A DNA stretch of 64,000 bases from an uncultured Campylobacter sp. (GTDB taxonomy: Bacteria > Campylobacterota > Campylobacteria > Campylobacterales > Campylobacteraceae). A program made the position numbers and the translations under genes. Each line of letters begins with the position of its first letter. The first letter of the stretch is position 1. Below are positions 18,116 through 30,671 of this stretch, piece after piece. Below the pieces are notes generated by a model. It saw only the letters and a program-made list of their open reading frames with translations. It had not been told where the DNA came from and ran no database searches. Location: the NCBI GenBank assembly GCA_963530215.1, contig CAUSCE010000008.1:4700-68699 (forward strand), written 5' to 3'.

Positions 18116-18134
18116 GATATTGATAACGATTATT
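18116..18134. promoter_or_regulatory. Putative Fur box upstream of the TonB-dependent receptor
   Basis: GATATTGATAACGATTATT matches the 19-bp consensus GATAATGATAATCATTATC at 15/19 positions. It lies about 43 nt upstream of the receptor GTG start. Confidence 0.45.
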
Positions 18135-18176
18135 TAATTTTAGTAAAATGTGCATTAAATTTTTTAAGGAGTTTTT

Positions 18177-20123
18177 GTGAAAAGTGCATTAAAAATTTCT
18201 ATTTGTGCGGCAATTTTTATAAATTTACCGCTTTTTGCAAATGAAGATAAGGTTCTACCAGAAGTTAAAGTAGTGAGTGCGACAGGATTTGAGCAAAATA
18301 TCAAAGACGCACCAGCTACGCTTAGCGTTATAACCAAAGAGGCATTAGAAAAGAAAAATCATAAAGATATCGAGAGCATGACCAAAGATATCCCAAGTCT
18401 TTTTGGGACGACTCCCGAAGCGGCAAATAGACGAGGAATTTCTATACGTGGATTCTCTCCAAGATTTACTAAAATTTTAGTAAATGGCATGCCAGTGCCA
18501 GGTGATAACGCTTATAAAGGACTTAGAAGCGTTGGAGGCTCATATAGTTTCATTCCGCCAGCAAGTGCGATAAGCCGTATCGAAGTGATACGTGGACCTA
18601 TGAGCTCGCTTTATGGAAGTGACGCGCTAGGTGGAGTTATAAATATAATTACAGATGAGTTTAGTAATGAATTTGGCGCAAATCTTGGCTCAAGCTATAA
18701 ATTTGCTAGAAATAAAAATATAAGCGGCGAGTTTTACAATAGCCTTTATTTGCACTCTGGACTAATTGACGATGTTTTAAGTGTTTCTGTTTATGGTAAA
18801 AATTTAAATAAATCAGAAGATAAAATTTCTTATGCAATCAGAGAGCAAAAGGATAGAAATTTTGGTGCAAAGCTATTTTTTAAGCCAAATGAAAATAATG
18901 ATCTTACGCTTGAGCTTGCAAGAAGCGATGTGAAATATAAAAGAACTAAAGGCAAAACACTATCAACTGGTACTAACTCGGTTGCTAGCGAGAGAATAGA
19001 GGGAGATATGATAAATTTAAGCCACGAAGCAAGGCTTGATAATATCTTGCTTCAAAGCTATTTATCTTATGGCAAGATAAAAGAGATAGCACAACAAAAT
19101 TTGACGTTAAAGACTCTAAATTTTGATACAAAAGGCTCATATTTTACCGATAATAATGCCTTTACATTAGGACTAAACGCTAAAAAAGAAAAGCTTGACG
19201 AAAAGGCTACCACAGCAGATGCGGCAAATGTAAAAAGGTATGATGTTTCGCTTTACGGCGAAGATGATTATCATCTTACAAAAGACTTTATCTTAAGTAC
19301 TGGTATTCGTTATAACTACGATGAAAACTATGGATCGCACGTTTCACCAAGAATTTACGGCATCTATAGCTTAAACGACTTTTTTGCTCTAAAAGGCGGA
19401 GTTAGTACAGGCTATGCGACACCTGATATCAAGCAACGCACGCAAGATCTTGCATTGCCATTTGCTGGAGGACGTGGAGCACAGCTTGGTAGAAGCAGCC
19501 TTAAGCCAGAGACAAGTGTAAGTTATGAATTTGGTGGCGTTTATAATAACAATGAAGGTTTTGAAACATCTTTAACTGGCTTTTACACAAGTTTTAAAGA
19601 TATGTTAAGTTACAGACCTATCTGCTCAAGAGGCAGTGTTTGCAGGCATAAAGGTAAAATTTATCCAAATGGTATTTGGGAGAGTATAAATATCGGTAAA
19701 GCTGAAATTTACGGAGTTGAGTTAACAAATGAGTGGCAGGTAACAAATGCTCTTAGACTAAATCAAAGCTATGTTTATACAAAATCAAAACAAAAAGATG
19801 GATCAGAAGTTGGCAAAAGCTTAAACAACTATCCGCTTCATACATTTAAATTTGGAGCAAATTATGAGCTAAATAGATGGCTAAATTTCTGGTCACAGAT
19901 AAATTATTATGGTAGAACTAAAAACTCATTTAGCTATGCTGATGATATGAGGGCTTACGTTATCGCAGATCTTGGCATAAACTATAATGTAACTAAAAAT
20001 TTCAGCCTAAACTTAAGCGTTTATAATCTCTTTAACGAGTTTTTTACGACAAGATCAGGCAGATACGATATTTTGATAGTCGATGGACAAAAGATCGAGC
20101 TTGGCTTTAATCTAAAGTTTTAA
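18177..20123 (+). CDS. TonB-dependent outer-membrane receptor (siderophore/iron-complex type)
   Basis: Signal peptide, plug domain (IEVIRGPMSSLYGSDALGGVINIIT) and a C-terminal beta-barrel ending LGFNLKF. GTG start after an AAGGAG RBS. Confidence 0.9.
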   Translation: MKSALKISICAAIFINLPLFANEDKVLPEVKVVSATGFEQNIKDAPATLSVITKEALEKKNHKDIESMTKDIPSLFGTTPEAANRRGISIRGFSPRFTKILVNGMPVPGDNAYKGLRSVGGSYSFIPPASAISRIEVIRGPMSSLYGSDALGGVINIITDEFSNEFGANLGSSYKFARNKNISGEFYNSLYLHSGLIDDVLSVSVYGKNLNKSEDKISYAIREQKDRNFGAKLFFKPNENNDLTLELARSDVKYKRTKGKTLSTGTNSVASERIEGDMINLSHEARLDNILLQSYLSYGKIKEIAQQNLTLKTLNFDTKGSYFTDNNAFTLGLNAKKEKLDEKATTADAANVKRYDVSLYGEDDYHLTKDFILSTGIRYNYDENYGSHVSPRIYGIYSLNDFFALKGGVSTGYATPDIKQRTQDLALPFAGGRGAQLGRSSLKPETSVSYEFGGVYNNNEGFETSLTGFYTSFKDMLSYRPICSRGSVCRHKGKIYPNGIWESINIGKAEIYGVELTNEWQVTNALRLNQSYVYTKSKQKDGSEVGKSLNNYPLHTFKFGANYELNRWLNFWSQINYYGRTKNSFSYADDMRAYVIADLGINYNVTKNFSLNLSVYNLFNEFFTTRSGRYDILIVDGQKIELGFNLKF

Positions 20124-20124
20124 A

Positions 20125-21213
20125 ATGTTTAAAATTTGGCGAAAATTTCACTTAATTTTAGCTCTTATCTTTGCTTTGCCGCTTTTGATAATCTCAATTA
20201 GTGGAGCGATTATTTCGTATCATGATGAGATAATTGAAGCTTTTAGTAAAGATGAGATAGACATAGCAACCAATAAAAGTGCTTTAAAAATAGATGAAAT
20301 TTTAAAGGTCTTTAGTAAGACTTGGCCAAATTTTAACCTTAGCTATATAAAGATAAAAGGTGAGATAAATAGAGCTTATGTGGTAAGCGGCACAAGCGAG
20401 AGTGGCGAGTTTAAGTCGTTCTTTGTAGATCCTTATACGGGCGAGGTAGTCTCTGAAAATAGCGTGGAAAAATTTATAGTGCTAGCTTTAAATTTACATA
20501 AAAATCTAGGACTAGCTCTATTTAAAAATGAAAATTTATCTAAATTTGCAAGTGAGCTAGTGGCGATTTCGACGCTTGCACTACTTGCGATTTTAATAAC
20601 TGGAGCGCTGATACATTTTTGGAGATTTAGAAGCAAATTTATTAGCGCCTTTATGCTAAATCTAAAGGCAAAGAAATTTGCATTTTTATATTCGCTGCAC
20701 GGATTTTTAGGGCTTTATTTGGGGGCTATTATCTGTGTTAGCGGTCTATACTTTTCTTATGAGAGTTTTGCTAAGGTTATAAACCAAATCTGTGGCGAAG
20801 AGAAGGTCTTTAAAAAGCCAAATTTTACTAGCAAAAATGGCTTTAGCCTAAGTGATGAGCAAAAGGTAGAAAATCTTAAAAAAGCTTATGAAATTTTTAC
20901 TTTAAAATTTGGAAATGAGTTTGATGCTTTAAATTTTATCCTCAATAAAGACGGCGTAAAATTTATGATCTTTTACTTGCCAAAAGGCGCTAGTGAGAAT
21001 GATGGCGTTAGGCTTGTAGTCGATACGGCAAACGGAGAAATTTTAAAAAACACCATGCCAAAATCTTTTGAAATTTATAAATTTATGCTTGATCTGCACG
21101 CTGGATATACATTTGGGGAGGCTGGAAAATTTATCTTTTTTATGGCTTCTTGTGGAGTTGGCGTGCTACTTTTTAGTGGCTATGTGATTTACTACAAACG
21201 TCGTAAAAAGTAG
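20125..21213 (+). CDS. PepSY-associated TM helix protein (PiuB-like)
   Basis: N-terminus WRKFHLILALIFALPLLIISISGAIISYHDEI, 362 aa with TM helices. Sits immediately downstream of the receptor, as in iron-uptake loci. Confidence 0.7.
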   Translation: MFKIWRKFHLILALIFALPLLIISISGAIISYHDEIIEAFSKDEIDIATNKSALKIDEILKVFSKTWPNFNLSYIKIKGEINRAYVVSGTSESGEFKSFFVDPYTGEVVSENSVEKFIVLALNLHKNLGLALFKNENLSKFASELVAISTLALLAILITGALIHFWRFRSKFISAFMLNLKAKKFAFLYSLHGFLGLYLGAIICVSGLYFSYESFAKVINQICGEEKVFKKPNFTSKNGFSLSDEQKVENLKKAYEIFTLKFGNEFDALNFILNKDGVKFMIFYLPKGASENDGVRLVVDTANGEILKNTMPKSFEIYKFMLDLHAGYTFGEAGKFIFFMASCGVGVLLFSGYVIYYKRRKK

Positions 21214-21276
21214 TCTTATTTATCTATCTCTTAACTCTTTTTAGTTATTATCCCAAATAAAATTTTTGGAAAAATC

Positions 21277-21741
21277 ATGCAAAAAAAATACAGACCAAAT
21301 GTGGCAGCTGTTATTTTGTCTAGCTTGTATCCATTTAAATGTGAAATTTTAGTCGCAAAAAGGGTGGATATGGATGATATTTGGCAGTTTCCTCAAGGCG
21401 GAATAGACGAAGGTGAGAGTCCAAAGCAGGCCTTAAAAAGGGAGCTTAAAGAAGAGATCGGAACTGATAAAATCGATATCTTAGATGAGTATCCGCAGTG
21501 GCTAAGCTACGACTTTCCAGCAAACGCGGCAAAGAAATTTTATCCATTTGATGGACAGACGCAAAAATATTTTTTGGTTAGACTTAAAAATGGTGCCAGC
21601 ATAAATTTAAAGACAGAGCATCCAGAGTTTAGCGAGTATAAATTTGTAGATTTTGGTAGAAGTTTAGAGGGTATAAATCACTTTAAAAAGCCTATTTATG
21701 AAAAGGTTTTGAGTTATTTTAAAGAGAAAGGATATTTTTGA
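21277..21741 (+). CDS. rppH: RNA pyrophosphohydrolase (Nudix)
   Basis: Nudix box GGIDEGESPKQALKRELKEEIG and the RppH-like N-terminus YRPNVAAVI. Confidence 0.8.
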   Translation: MQKKYRPNVAAVILSSLYPFKCEILVAKRVDMDDIWQFPQGGIDEGESPKQALKRELKEEIGTDKIDILDEYPQWLSYDFPANAAKKFYPFDGQTQKYFLVRLKNGASINLKTEHPEFSEYKFVDFGRSLEGINHFKKPIYEKVLSYFKEKGYF

Positions 21742-22943
21742 TGTTGATTGTTCAAAAATTTGGCGGAACTAGCGTAGGCACGCTTGAGCGCATCGAAGCT
21801 GTGGCAAACAGGGTCATCGAGACTAAAAACAGCGGCGCAGACGTGGTTGTGGTAGTTTCTGCGATGAGTGGAGTTACAAATCAATTGGTTGAATATAGTG
21901 AGTATTTTTCAAAACATCCTGATGGCGTCGCCACTGATATGCTTTTAAGCTCTGGAGAGCAAGTAACGACCGCGCTTTTAACGATCGCACTTAATGCAAA
22001 AGGCTATGCGTGTGTAGGTATGACAGGTGCGATGGCAGGCATAATTACTGATGATATTCATACAAAAGCAAGGATCGAAAGGATAGAGACTGCTAGGCTA
22101 AAAGCTGAGCTAAAAGCTGGCAAAATCGTAGTTGTAGCTGGCTTTCAAGGTATAGATGAAAAAGGTAATATCACAACCCTTGGTAGAGGCGGTAGTGATC
22201 TTAGCGCAGTTGCATTAGCAGGGGCGCTTGATGCTGATCTATGCGAAATTTTTACCGATGTTGATGGCGTTTATACGACTGATCCAAGGATAGAAAAAAA
22301 GGCAAAAAAACTCGAGAAAATAAGCTATGATGAGATGCTTGAGCTCGCTTCTGCTGGCGCAAAGGTACTACAAAATCGCTCAGTCGAGCTAGCAAAAAAA
22401 CTAAATGTAAAACTCATTACAAGAAGTAGCTTTAATCACAACGAAGGTACATTAATAGCAAAGGAAGATGACAATATGGAAGCAGTTTTAGTAAGCGGAA
22501 TAGCACTAGATAAAAATCAAGCAAGAGTAACACTAAGAGGCGTAGTTGATAAACCTGGCATCGCAGCAGAAATTTTTACAGCTTTAGCTCATGAAAATAT
22601 AAACGTAGATATGATAATCCAAAACGTAGGACATGACGGCACTACAAATTTAGGCTTTACAGTGCCACAAAACGAGCTTGAACTAGCAAAAGAGACTATG
22701 CAAAAGCTCTCAGCTGCAAAACATATAGAATTTGATGATGCGATCGTGAAAGTTTCAGTTATAGGCGTAGGCATGAAGAGCCATAGCGGCGTAGCATGTC
22801 TAGCATTTGAAACGCTTGCAAAAGAGGGTATAAATATCCAAATGATCTCAACAAGCGAGATAAAAATTTCAATGATCGTTGATCAAAAATATGGCGAGCT
22901 AGCAGTTCGCGTACTTCATGATGCGTATAAGTTAGATCAGTAA
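21738..22943 (+). CDS. lysC: Aspartate kinase
   Basis: IVQKFGGTSVG, the kinase core and two C-terminal ACT domains. 401 aa. Confidence 0.95.
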   Translation: MMLIVQKFGGTSVGTLERIEAVANRVIETKNSGADVVVVVSAMSGVTNQLVEYSEYFSKHPDGVATDMLLSSGEQVTTALLTIALNAKGYACVGMTGAMAGIITDDIHTKARIERIETARLKAELKAGKIVVVAGFQGIDEKGNITTLGRGGSDLSAVALAGALDADLCEIFTDVDGVYTTDPRIEKKAKKLEKISYDEMLELASAGAKVLQNRSVELAKKLNVKLITRSSFNHNEGTLIAKEDDNMEAVLVSGIALDKNQARVTLRGVVDKPGIAAEIFTALAHENINVDMIIQNVGHDGTTNLGFTVPQNELELAKETMQKLSAAKHIEFDDAIVKVSVIGVGMKSHSGVACLAFETLAKEGINIQMISTSEIKISMIVDQKYGELAVRVLHDAYKLDQ

Positions 22944-23485
22944 TGCAAGACTTTATACAGTGGACGTTAAAGGCTATTAGGGACGAAGGTCCTTTGATGA
23001 GCTGGATGGAGGAAAGGCGTGTTGAATGGACGCCTTTACTAGCATCTAGGCTTAAATTTTTACTTGAAGGAAGGGCTTTTATAACTATCAGTGATGAAGA
23101 GCGAAGATGGTTTGAAACTTATCTTTTAAAAAAGATGAACCATTCAAAAAGCATTAGGCCATTTTTGCCTTTTTTTAGTCTAAGATCGCTTTATCCATCA
23201 CTTGATGAGATAGAGACAAATGAGCAAAAACAGCTTCTAAAAGATATGCTAAGTCTTGCCTTTCCAAATGGATACTTGTTTTTTTATATCGGAAAGAGCC
23301 TTGATAAATATGCGAATTTAGCCAAAAGCGATGAGGATAGTTATATGTGGCTATTTGACGAGCAGGCACAAAATAGCTTTACTCTTAGCTCAAGCGATGA
23401 AAATTTAGACATTAAACTAATAAGTCTTTGCAAAATTTTTGATAAAAGTATTGATGCGGCACTCTTTGCAAAGGTGATACTCTAA
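22943..23485 (+). CDS. hobA: HobA-like DnaA-binding replication initiation protein
   Basis: 180 aa. It occupies the lysC - x - holB - folP position that HobA occupies in Helicobacter pylori. It shares features with HobA as I recall it (FxxWxxxxxRDxG near the N-terminus, RxWFxxYLL, C-terminal LFAKVxL). Confidence 0.6.
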   Translation: MQDFIQWTLKAIRDEGPLMSWMEERRVEWTPLLASRLKFLLEGRAFITISDEERRWFETYLLKKMNHSKSIRPFLPFFSLRSLYPSLDEIETNEQKQLLKDMLSLAFPNGYLFFYIGKSLDKYANLAKSDEDSYMWLFDEQAQNSFTLSSSDENLDIKLISLCKIFDKSIDAALFAKVIL

Positions 23486-24106
23486 ATGCTTAATAAAATC
23501 GTCGTTACAAGCGATTTTGAAAATTTAAAAGCCAAACTTGAAGATGAGTTTGGCATTAATAATTTAAGATTTTTTATAAGCGATGATTTTTTGCTAGAAA
23601 ATGCAAAGGAGGTCATCGCAGAAGCATACATTGCTGAAAAAGATGAAAAAATTTTAGTAATACATGCTAATTCTTTTAGGACAGAGGCTCAAAACGCACT
23701 TTTAAAGATCATCGAAGAGCCTCCAAGAAATATCAAATTTATAATAGTAACGCAGAGTAAAAATTTACTTCTACCAACGATTAGATCAAGAATGCTCATA
23801 GAAAATAATCTCACAAAAAAGCCCAAAATAACTCTTGATCTAAATTTAAAATCGCTTAGCTTAAAAGAGCTAACAAGTTTTATCGATCAAAAGATCGCAG
23901 ACGAGCAAGCTCAGAAATTTGGCAAAAACGAGTTAAAAGAGCTTGTTGGCATTATTGTGACAAAGGCGGTTGATAGCGGGTATAAATTTAGTGGCGATGA
24001 GATGGAGTATTTTTTCTCGCTCATCAAGCTTGCGGATCTAAATGCCAAATCTCACGCCGTACTAACGCCACTACTGCTTACTATATTTCAAAAAGGACGA
24101 CGTTGA
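23486..24106 (+). CDS. holB: DNA polymerase III subunit delta'
   Basis: 206 aa. The sensor motif region NALLKIIEEPPRN...TIRSR is typical of clamp-loader delta'. Confidence 0.75.
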   Translation: MLNKIVVTSDFENLKAKLEDEFGINNLRFFISDDFLLENAKEVIAEAYIAEKDEKILVIHANSFRTEAQNALLKIIEEPPRNIKFIIVTQSKNLLLPTIRSRMLIENNLTKKPKITLDLNLKSLSLKELTSFIDQKIADEQAQKFGKNELKELVGIIVTKAVDSGYKFSGDEMEYFFSLIKLADLNAKSHAVLTPLLLTIFQKGRR

Positions 24107-25242
24107 AATTTTATAAGATAAATAACAAAAGCGACTTTGATGAAATTTGCAAAGCTATCTCGCCAAGTCCTGCTGGTGCGAAGCTTATGCGTGAAAAGAG
24201 CGAGATAAATTTTATTTACATAGATGAGATAAAAACCCCAGCGGCAAATATCCTAAAGCAAGATGCGCTTAGTGTTGGAGCTGAGCTTGTGACGCATAAA
24301 GATACGATTTTGGGCCGTGAGAGTCTAAACAAAGCCTTGCTAATGGCTACAAATGCACAGCTTAGGCAACTAGCTAAAAAAGAGAAGTTGCAAGACTTTG
24401 GACTTAAAAACTTAGCAGCCTTTTTAGAGACAAAATTTATAAAGCCAACAAAGCCTCTTATAATGGGCGTTGCAAATATCAACACAGATAGCTTTAATGA
24501 GCAAAGCCGCATAAATACGCAAAATGGTATCTCAAAAATAGAATACATGATAGAAGCAGGTGCAGACTATATCGATCTTGGTGGCGTTAGCTCAAGGCCA
24601 GGGAGCCAGTATTGCGGCCGTGAAGAGGAATTTAGGCGCATAAAAGATATTGTGGAGGAAATTTACAAGTTAAATTTGCACGAAAAGGCGAAATTTAGCC
24701 TTGATAGCTTTGATCCTTATTGCCTTGAGTTTGCTCTAAATCACGGCTTTAAAATGATAAATGACATCACGGCAAACGCCTCACTTGCCACGCTTGCAGC
24801 GCGATATGATGCTGAGTTTTGCATGATGCACATGCAAGGCGATCCTGCGACTATGCAGGTCGCACCAAAATATAACGACTTAATCGGCGAGATAGCAGAC
24901 TTTTTTGAGCAAAAGATAGCTCTTGCAAAGGAGCTTGGCGCCAAAAAGCTAGTGCTTGATGTGGGTATTGGCTTTGGCAAGACGGCTGAACAAAATTTAC
25001 TGCTTATCAAGCATTTGGAGCATTTTTTAAAATTTGACTACCCACTACTAGTAGGTGCTAGCCGCAAATCAGTCATAAACCACTACCACCCAAGCGAGGT
25101 TAAAGACCGTTTGCCAGGCTCGCTTTATCTGCATTTAAAGGCCTTCGAAAACGGCGCACAGATCATTAGGACGCACGATGTGGCCGAGCACAGGCAGCTT
25201 TTTGATATGCATGAGGCGATGAGTCAAGCCACGCTTTGGTAG
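24103..25242 (+). CDS. folP: Dihydropteroate synthase with an N-terminal extension of about 110 aa
   Basis: Pterin-binding core motifs MGVANINTDSF, DLGGVSSRPG, DVGIGFGKT and IIRTHDV. Confidence 0.9.
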   Translation: MKFYKINNKSDFDEICKAISPSPAGAKLMREKSEINFIYIDEIKTPAANILKQDALSVGAELVTHKDTILGRESLNKALLMATNAQLRQLAKKEKLQDFGLKNLAAFLETKFIKPTKPLIMGVANINTDSFNEQSRINTQNGISKIEYMIEAGADYIDLGGVSSRPGSQYCGREEEFRRIKDIVEEIYKLNLHEKAKFSLDSFDPYCLEFALNHGFKMINDITANASLATLAARYDAEFCMMHMQGDPATMQVAPKYNDLIGEIADFFEQKIALAKELGAKKLVLDVGIGFGKTAEQNLLLIKHLEHFLKFDYPLLVGASRKSVINHYHPSEVKDRLPGSLYLHLKAFENGAQIIRTHDVAEHRQLFDMHEAMSQATLW

Positions 25243-25667
25243 GGCGCTTGACTAAAAAGGCTGAGTGCTTTGGTGATAAAGAGGCTTTTGAGCAAATTTT
25301 ATCCGCTAAAGATCCAGTGCAGATGAAGGCGCTTGGCAGGCAGGTGCTAGGCTTTGACGCTAAGGTCTGGGACGAGGTCAAATTTGGCGTCGTGCTAAAT
25401 GCGAGCTATCTAAAATTTAGCCAAAATGAACCTTTGCGAGACTTTTTGCTATCAACTGGGAGTAAAGTTTTGGTTGAGGCAAGCCCAGTTGATAAAATTT
25501 GGGGCATAGGTTTGGCCGCAAGTGATGAAAATGCGCAAAACCCTATGAAGTGGCGAGGGCAAAATTTACTTGGCTTTGCGCTGATGAGGGTGAGGGACGA
25601 GATAGCAAAGGTCTATAAAAATGTCCATTTACGTGACGCGAGAGAGCTAAATTTAGATCATTTATAA
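25236..25667 (+). CDS. NADAR (YbiA/DUF1768) family protein, apparently N-terminally truncated
   Basis: The C-terminal NADAR motifs are present (AKALGRQV, LVEASPVDKIWGIGL, WRGQNLLGFALMRVR). The N-terminal FxxFSNF...EHxxQ segment is absent. The only start is a TTG overlapping the folP stop, with no visible RBS. Confidence 0.55.
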   Translation: MVGRLTKKAECFGDKEAFEQILSAKDPVQMKALGRQVLGFDAKVWDEVKFGVVLNASYLKFSQNEPLRDFLLSTGSKVLVEASPVDKIWGIGLAASDENAQNPMKWRGQNLLGFALMRVRDEIAKVYKNVHLRDARELNLDHL

Positions 25668-25678
25668 AGTATGTTTAA

Positions 25679-28355
<2,677 letters not shown>

Positions 28356-29210
28356 CATCACTGCCGTTGCGATCGGGCATTTTGACGGCGTGCATAGAGG
28401 ACATAAACAGCTTTTAAAGCAGCTTGGCGAGTTTGGCGGACTTGTCGTAATCGATAAAAATAAAGCCAACATCACGCCAAAGCTAAAGCGAGCGGAGTAC
28501 TCAAACTATCCTTGCTTTTTGTATGATTTTGACACTATTAAAGGGCTTAGCGGCGAGGAATTTATCGCACTTTTAAAACATGATTTTAAAAATTTAAAAA
28601 AGATTGTTGTTGGATTTGATTTTAGATTTGGCAGAAATAGAGCATGGGACAAGCACGATCTGAAAAGAATTTTTGATGGTGAGATAGTGGTCGTTGATGA
28701 GGTTTGTTATGACGGCATGGGCGTGCATAGCTCATCTATTAGAGAGCTGATACGCCAAGGTAATATCGAAGAGGCAAACAGGCTAATAGGCAGGGAGTAC
28801 TCGATCGAGGGAAATGTGATAAAAGGGCAGGGCATCGGTGCAAAGGAGCTAGTTGCAACGCTAAATTTGGATGTAAAAAACTATTTATTGCCTAAAGACG
28901 GCGTGTACGCCACAAGAACTAGGATAGGTTCATATACCTATGGCTCGGTCACATTTATAGGCAATAGGCTTAGCACAGATGGAAATTTTAGCGTCGAGAC
29001 ACACATATTAGACGAGGTCACGCCAAAAGTAGCGAAGCATGTCGCGGTTTGTTTTATAAAACGTTTGCGAGATAATAAAAAATTTAACACACTTGAAGAG
29101 CTAAAAGAACAGATCAAATGCGATATAAATGGAGCCAGAGCTTGTGTTGGAGTGTGCGATCTTTTTGGCAACGAGACAATGAGATACTTTGACGGATACG
29201 GAGCTGGTAT

Positions 29211-29915
29211 ATGAGAGATGAAATTTTTAAAGAGCCTATAAGCAAGCAGTTCGAGTTTGACGACTTTGTGGCAAGCGTTTTTGATGATATGATCTCGCGC
29301 TCTGTGCCGTTTTATGATGTGAGCTCAAATCTAAATGCAAAGCTGCTAGCTAAAATTTTGCCAAAAGATGCAAGTATATGCGACCTTGGCTGCTCGACGG
29401 CAAATAGCCTGCTTTTGCTAAACAACCTTAGAAATGACCTCGTGCTAAGTGGCGTGGATAACTCTGAGGCGATGCTAGCAAATGCCAAAAATAAGGCAAA
29501 AGCTTATGGAGCAAAGATAAAATTTTTGCTTGATGATATTTTAAAGTGTGAGCTAGCGGGCTTTGATGCAGTTTTGGCAAACTATACTTTGCAGTTTATC
29601 AGACCGCCAAAAAGGGCCGATCTGGTGCAAAAAATTTATAACGGACTAAATGAAAATGGAGTTTTTTTGTTTAGTGAAAAGATCATCTTTGAAGATAAAA
29701 AGCTTACTAAAAGCGTCATAGAAATTTACGAGAACTACAAGCAGGCACAAGGCTACTCACGCTACGAGATCGCTCAAAAAAGAGAGGCGCTTGAAAATGT
29801 GCTGGTGCCATATACTGAAGAAGAAAATAGAAATTTAGCCCTAAATGCTGGCTTTAAGCGAGTCGAGAGCACATTTAAATGGGGAAATTTTATGAGCTTT
29901 TTGGCGTTTAAGTAA
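29211..29915 (+). CDS. cmoA: Carboxy-S-adenosyl-L-methionine synthase
   Basis: 234 aa. FDDFVASVFDDMISRSVPFYD, the SAM-binding motif DLGCST and NYTLQFI are typical of CmoA. Confidence 0.85.
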   Translation: MRDEIFKEPISKQFEFDDFVASVFDDMISRSVPFYDVSSNLNAKLLAKILPKDASICDLGCSTANSLLLLNNLRNDLVLSGVDNSEAMLANAKNKAKAYGAKIKFLLDDILKCELAGFDAVLANYTLQFIRPPKRADLVQKIYNGLNENGVFLFSEKIIFEDKKLTKSVIEIYENYKQAQGYSRYEIAQKREALENVLVPYTEEENRNLALNAGFKRVESTFKWGNFMSFLAFK

Positions 29916-29964
29916 AAAATTTATTTAAAAAAAAGAACTATTTTTAAGTATATAAGGAGTATTT

Positions 29965-30618
29965 ATGGATAATGAACCACAAAATATCAAAAGTATCATA
30001 AATAAAGTGAGCAAAAATTTTGGTGAAGAATTTTTGAAGCACTATCTGTCTGGTAGTTTTGGCTCTATGAGTAAAAGTGAAATCGAAATTCTTATATTTC
30101 ATCTGCTTTTTAGTGATTTTGAAGGGTTGTCAAATTATAAAATATCAAATTTGTTAAAAATAAGTGAAACAAAGGTAAAGAATTTAACTTTAAATGCACA
30201 TTTAAGATACCCAAAACAAAGTGGAGATGAGGTAGTTAGAGAAACGCTTGCGGATATTGCTAAAAAATTTAGCACAATCTACGATGAGCAAAATGGTGAA
30301 GTTAAAATTCATATACAAAGTAGTGTTCAAAAGCGTGAAATGATAAATGCAATAAATAATCTTGGCTCATTTGCTGATTATGGTTTAAATAATGAAATTC
30401 TAAAAATTAGGATAAATACTTTATTTTCTTTATTTGAAAAATTTTTAGATAAAGAGAAATTTAAAGAGACCGTTCAGACTTATCTAGAAGATAAAAAACT
30501 AAATGAAAAACAGTTTTTTGATGCACTTAATAATCGCCAGAAGCTTATAGAAGTAATTAAAAAATCCAATATAAAAATAAGTGATATTTTTGGACTTATA
30601 GTATCGAAACTTTTATAA
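29965..30618 (+). CDS. Hypothetical protein (orphan, markedly AT-rich gene)
   Basis: 217-aa ORF with an AAGGAG RBS. No family recognised. There is a possible HTH-like segment, LSNYKISNLLKISETKVKNL. Confidence 0.5.
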   Translation: MDNEPQNIKSIINKVSKNFGEEFLKHYLSGSFGSMSKSEIEILIFHLLFSDFEGLSNYKISNLLKISETKVKNLTLNAHLRYPKQSGDEVVRETLADIAKKFSTIYDEQNGEVKIHIQSSVQKREMINAINNLGSFADYGLNNEILKIRINTLFSLFEKFLDKEKFKETVQTYLEDKKLNEKQFFDALNNRQKLIEVIKKSNIKISDIFGLIVSKLL

Positions 30619-30642
30619 GTTATATAAAATTCAATTTAAAAT

Positions 30643-30671
30643 AAATTTAGCGGGAGTTACCCGCTAAATTT
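30643..30671. terminator. Bidirectional stem-loop between two convergent genes (hypothetical gene and fdhF)
   Basis: AAATTTAGCGGG-AGTTA-CCCGCTAAATTT forms a perfect 12-bp stem with A/T runs on both sides. It overlaps the fdhF stop codon. Confidence 0.7.
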
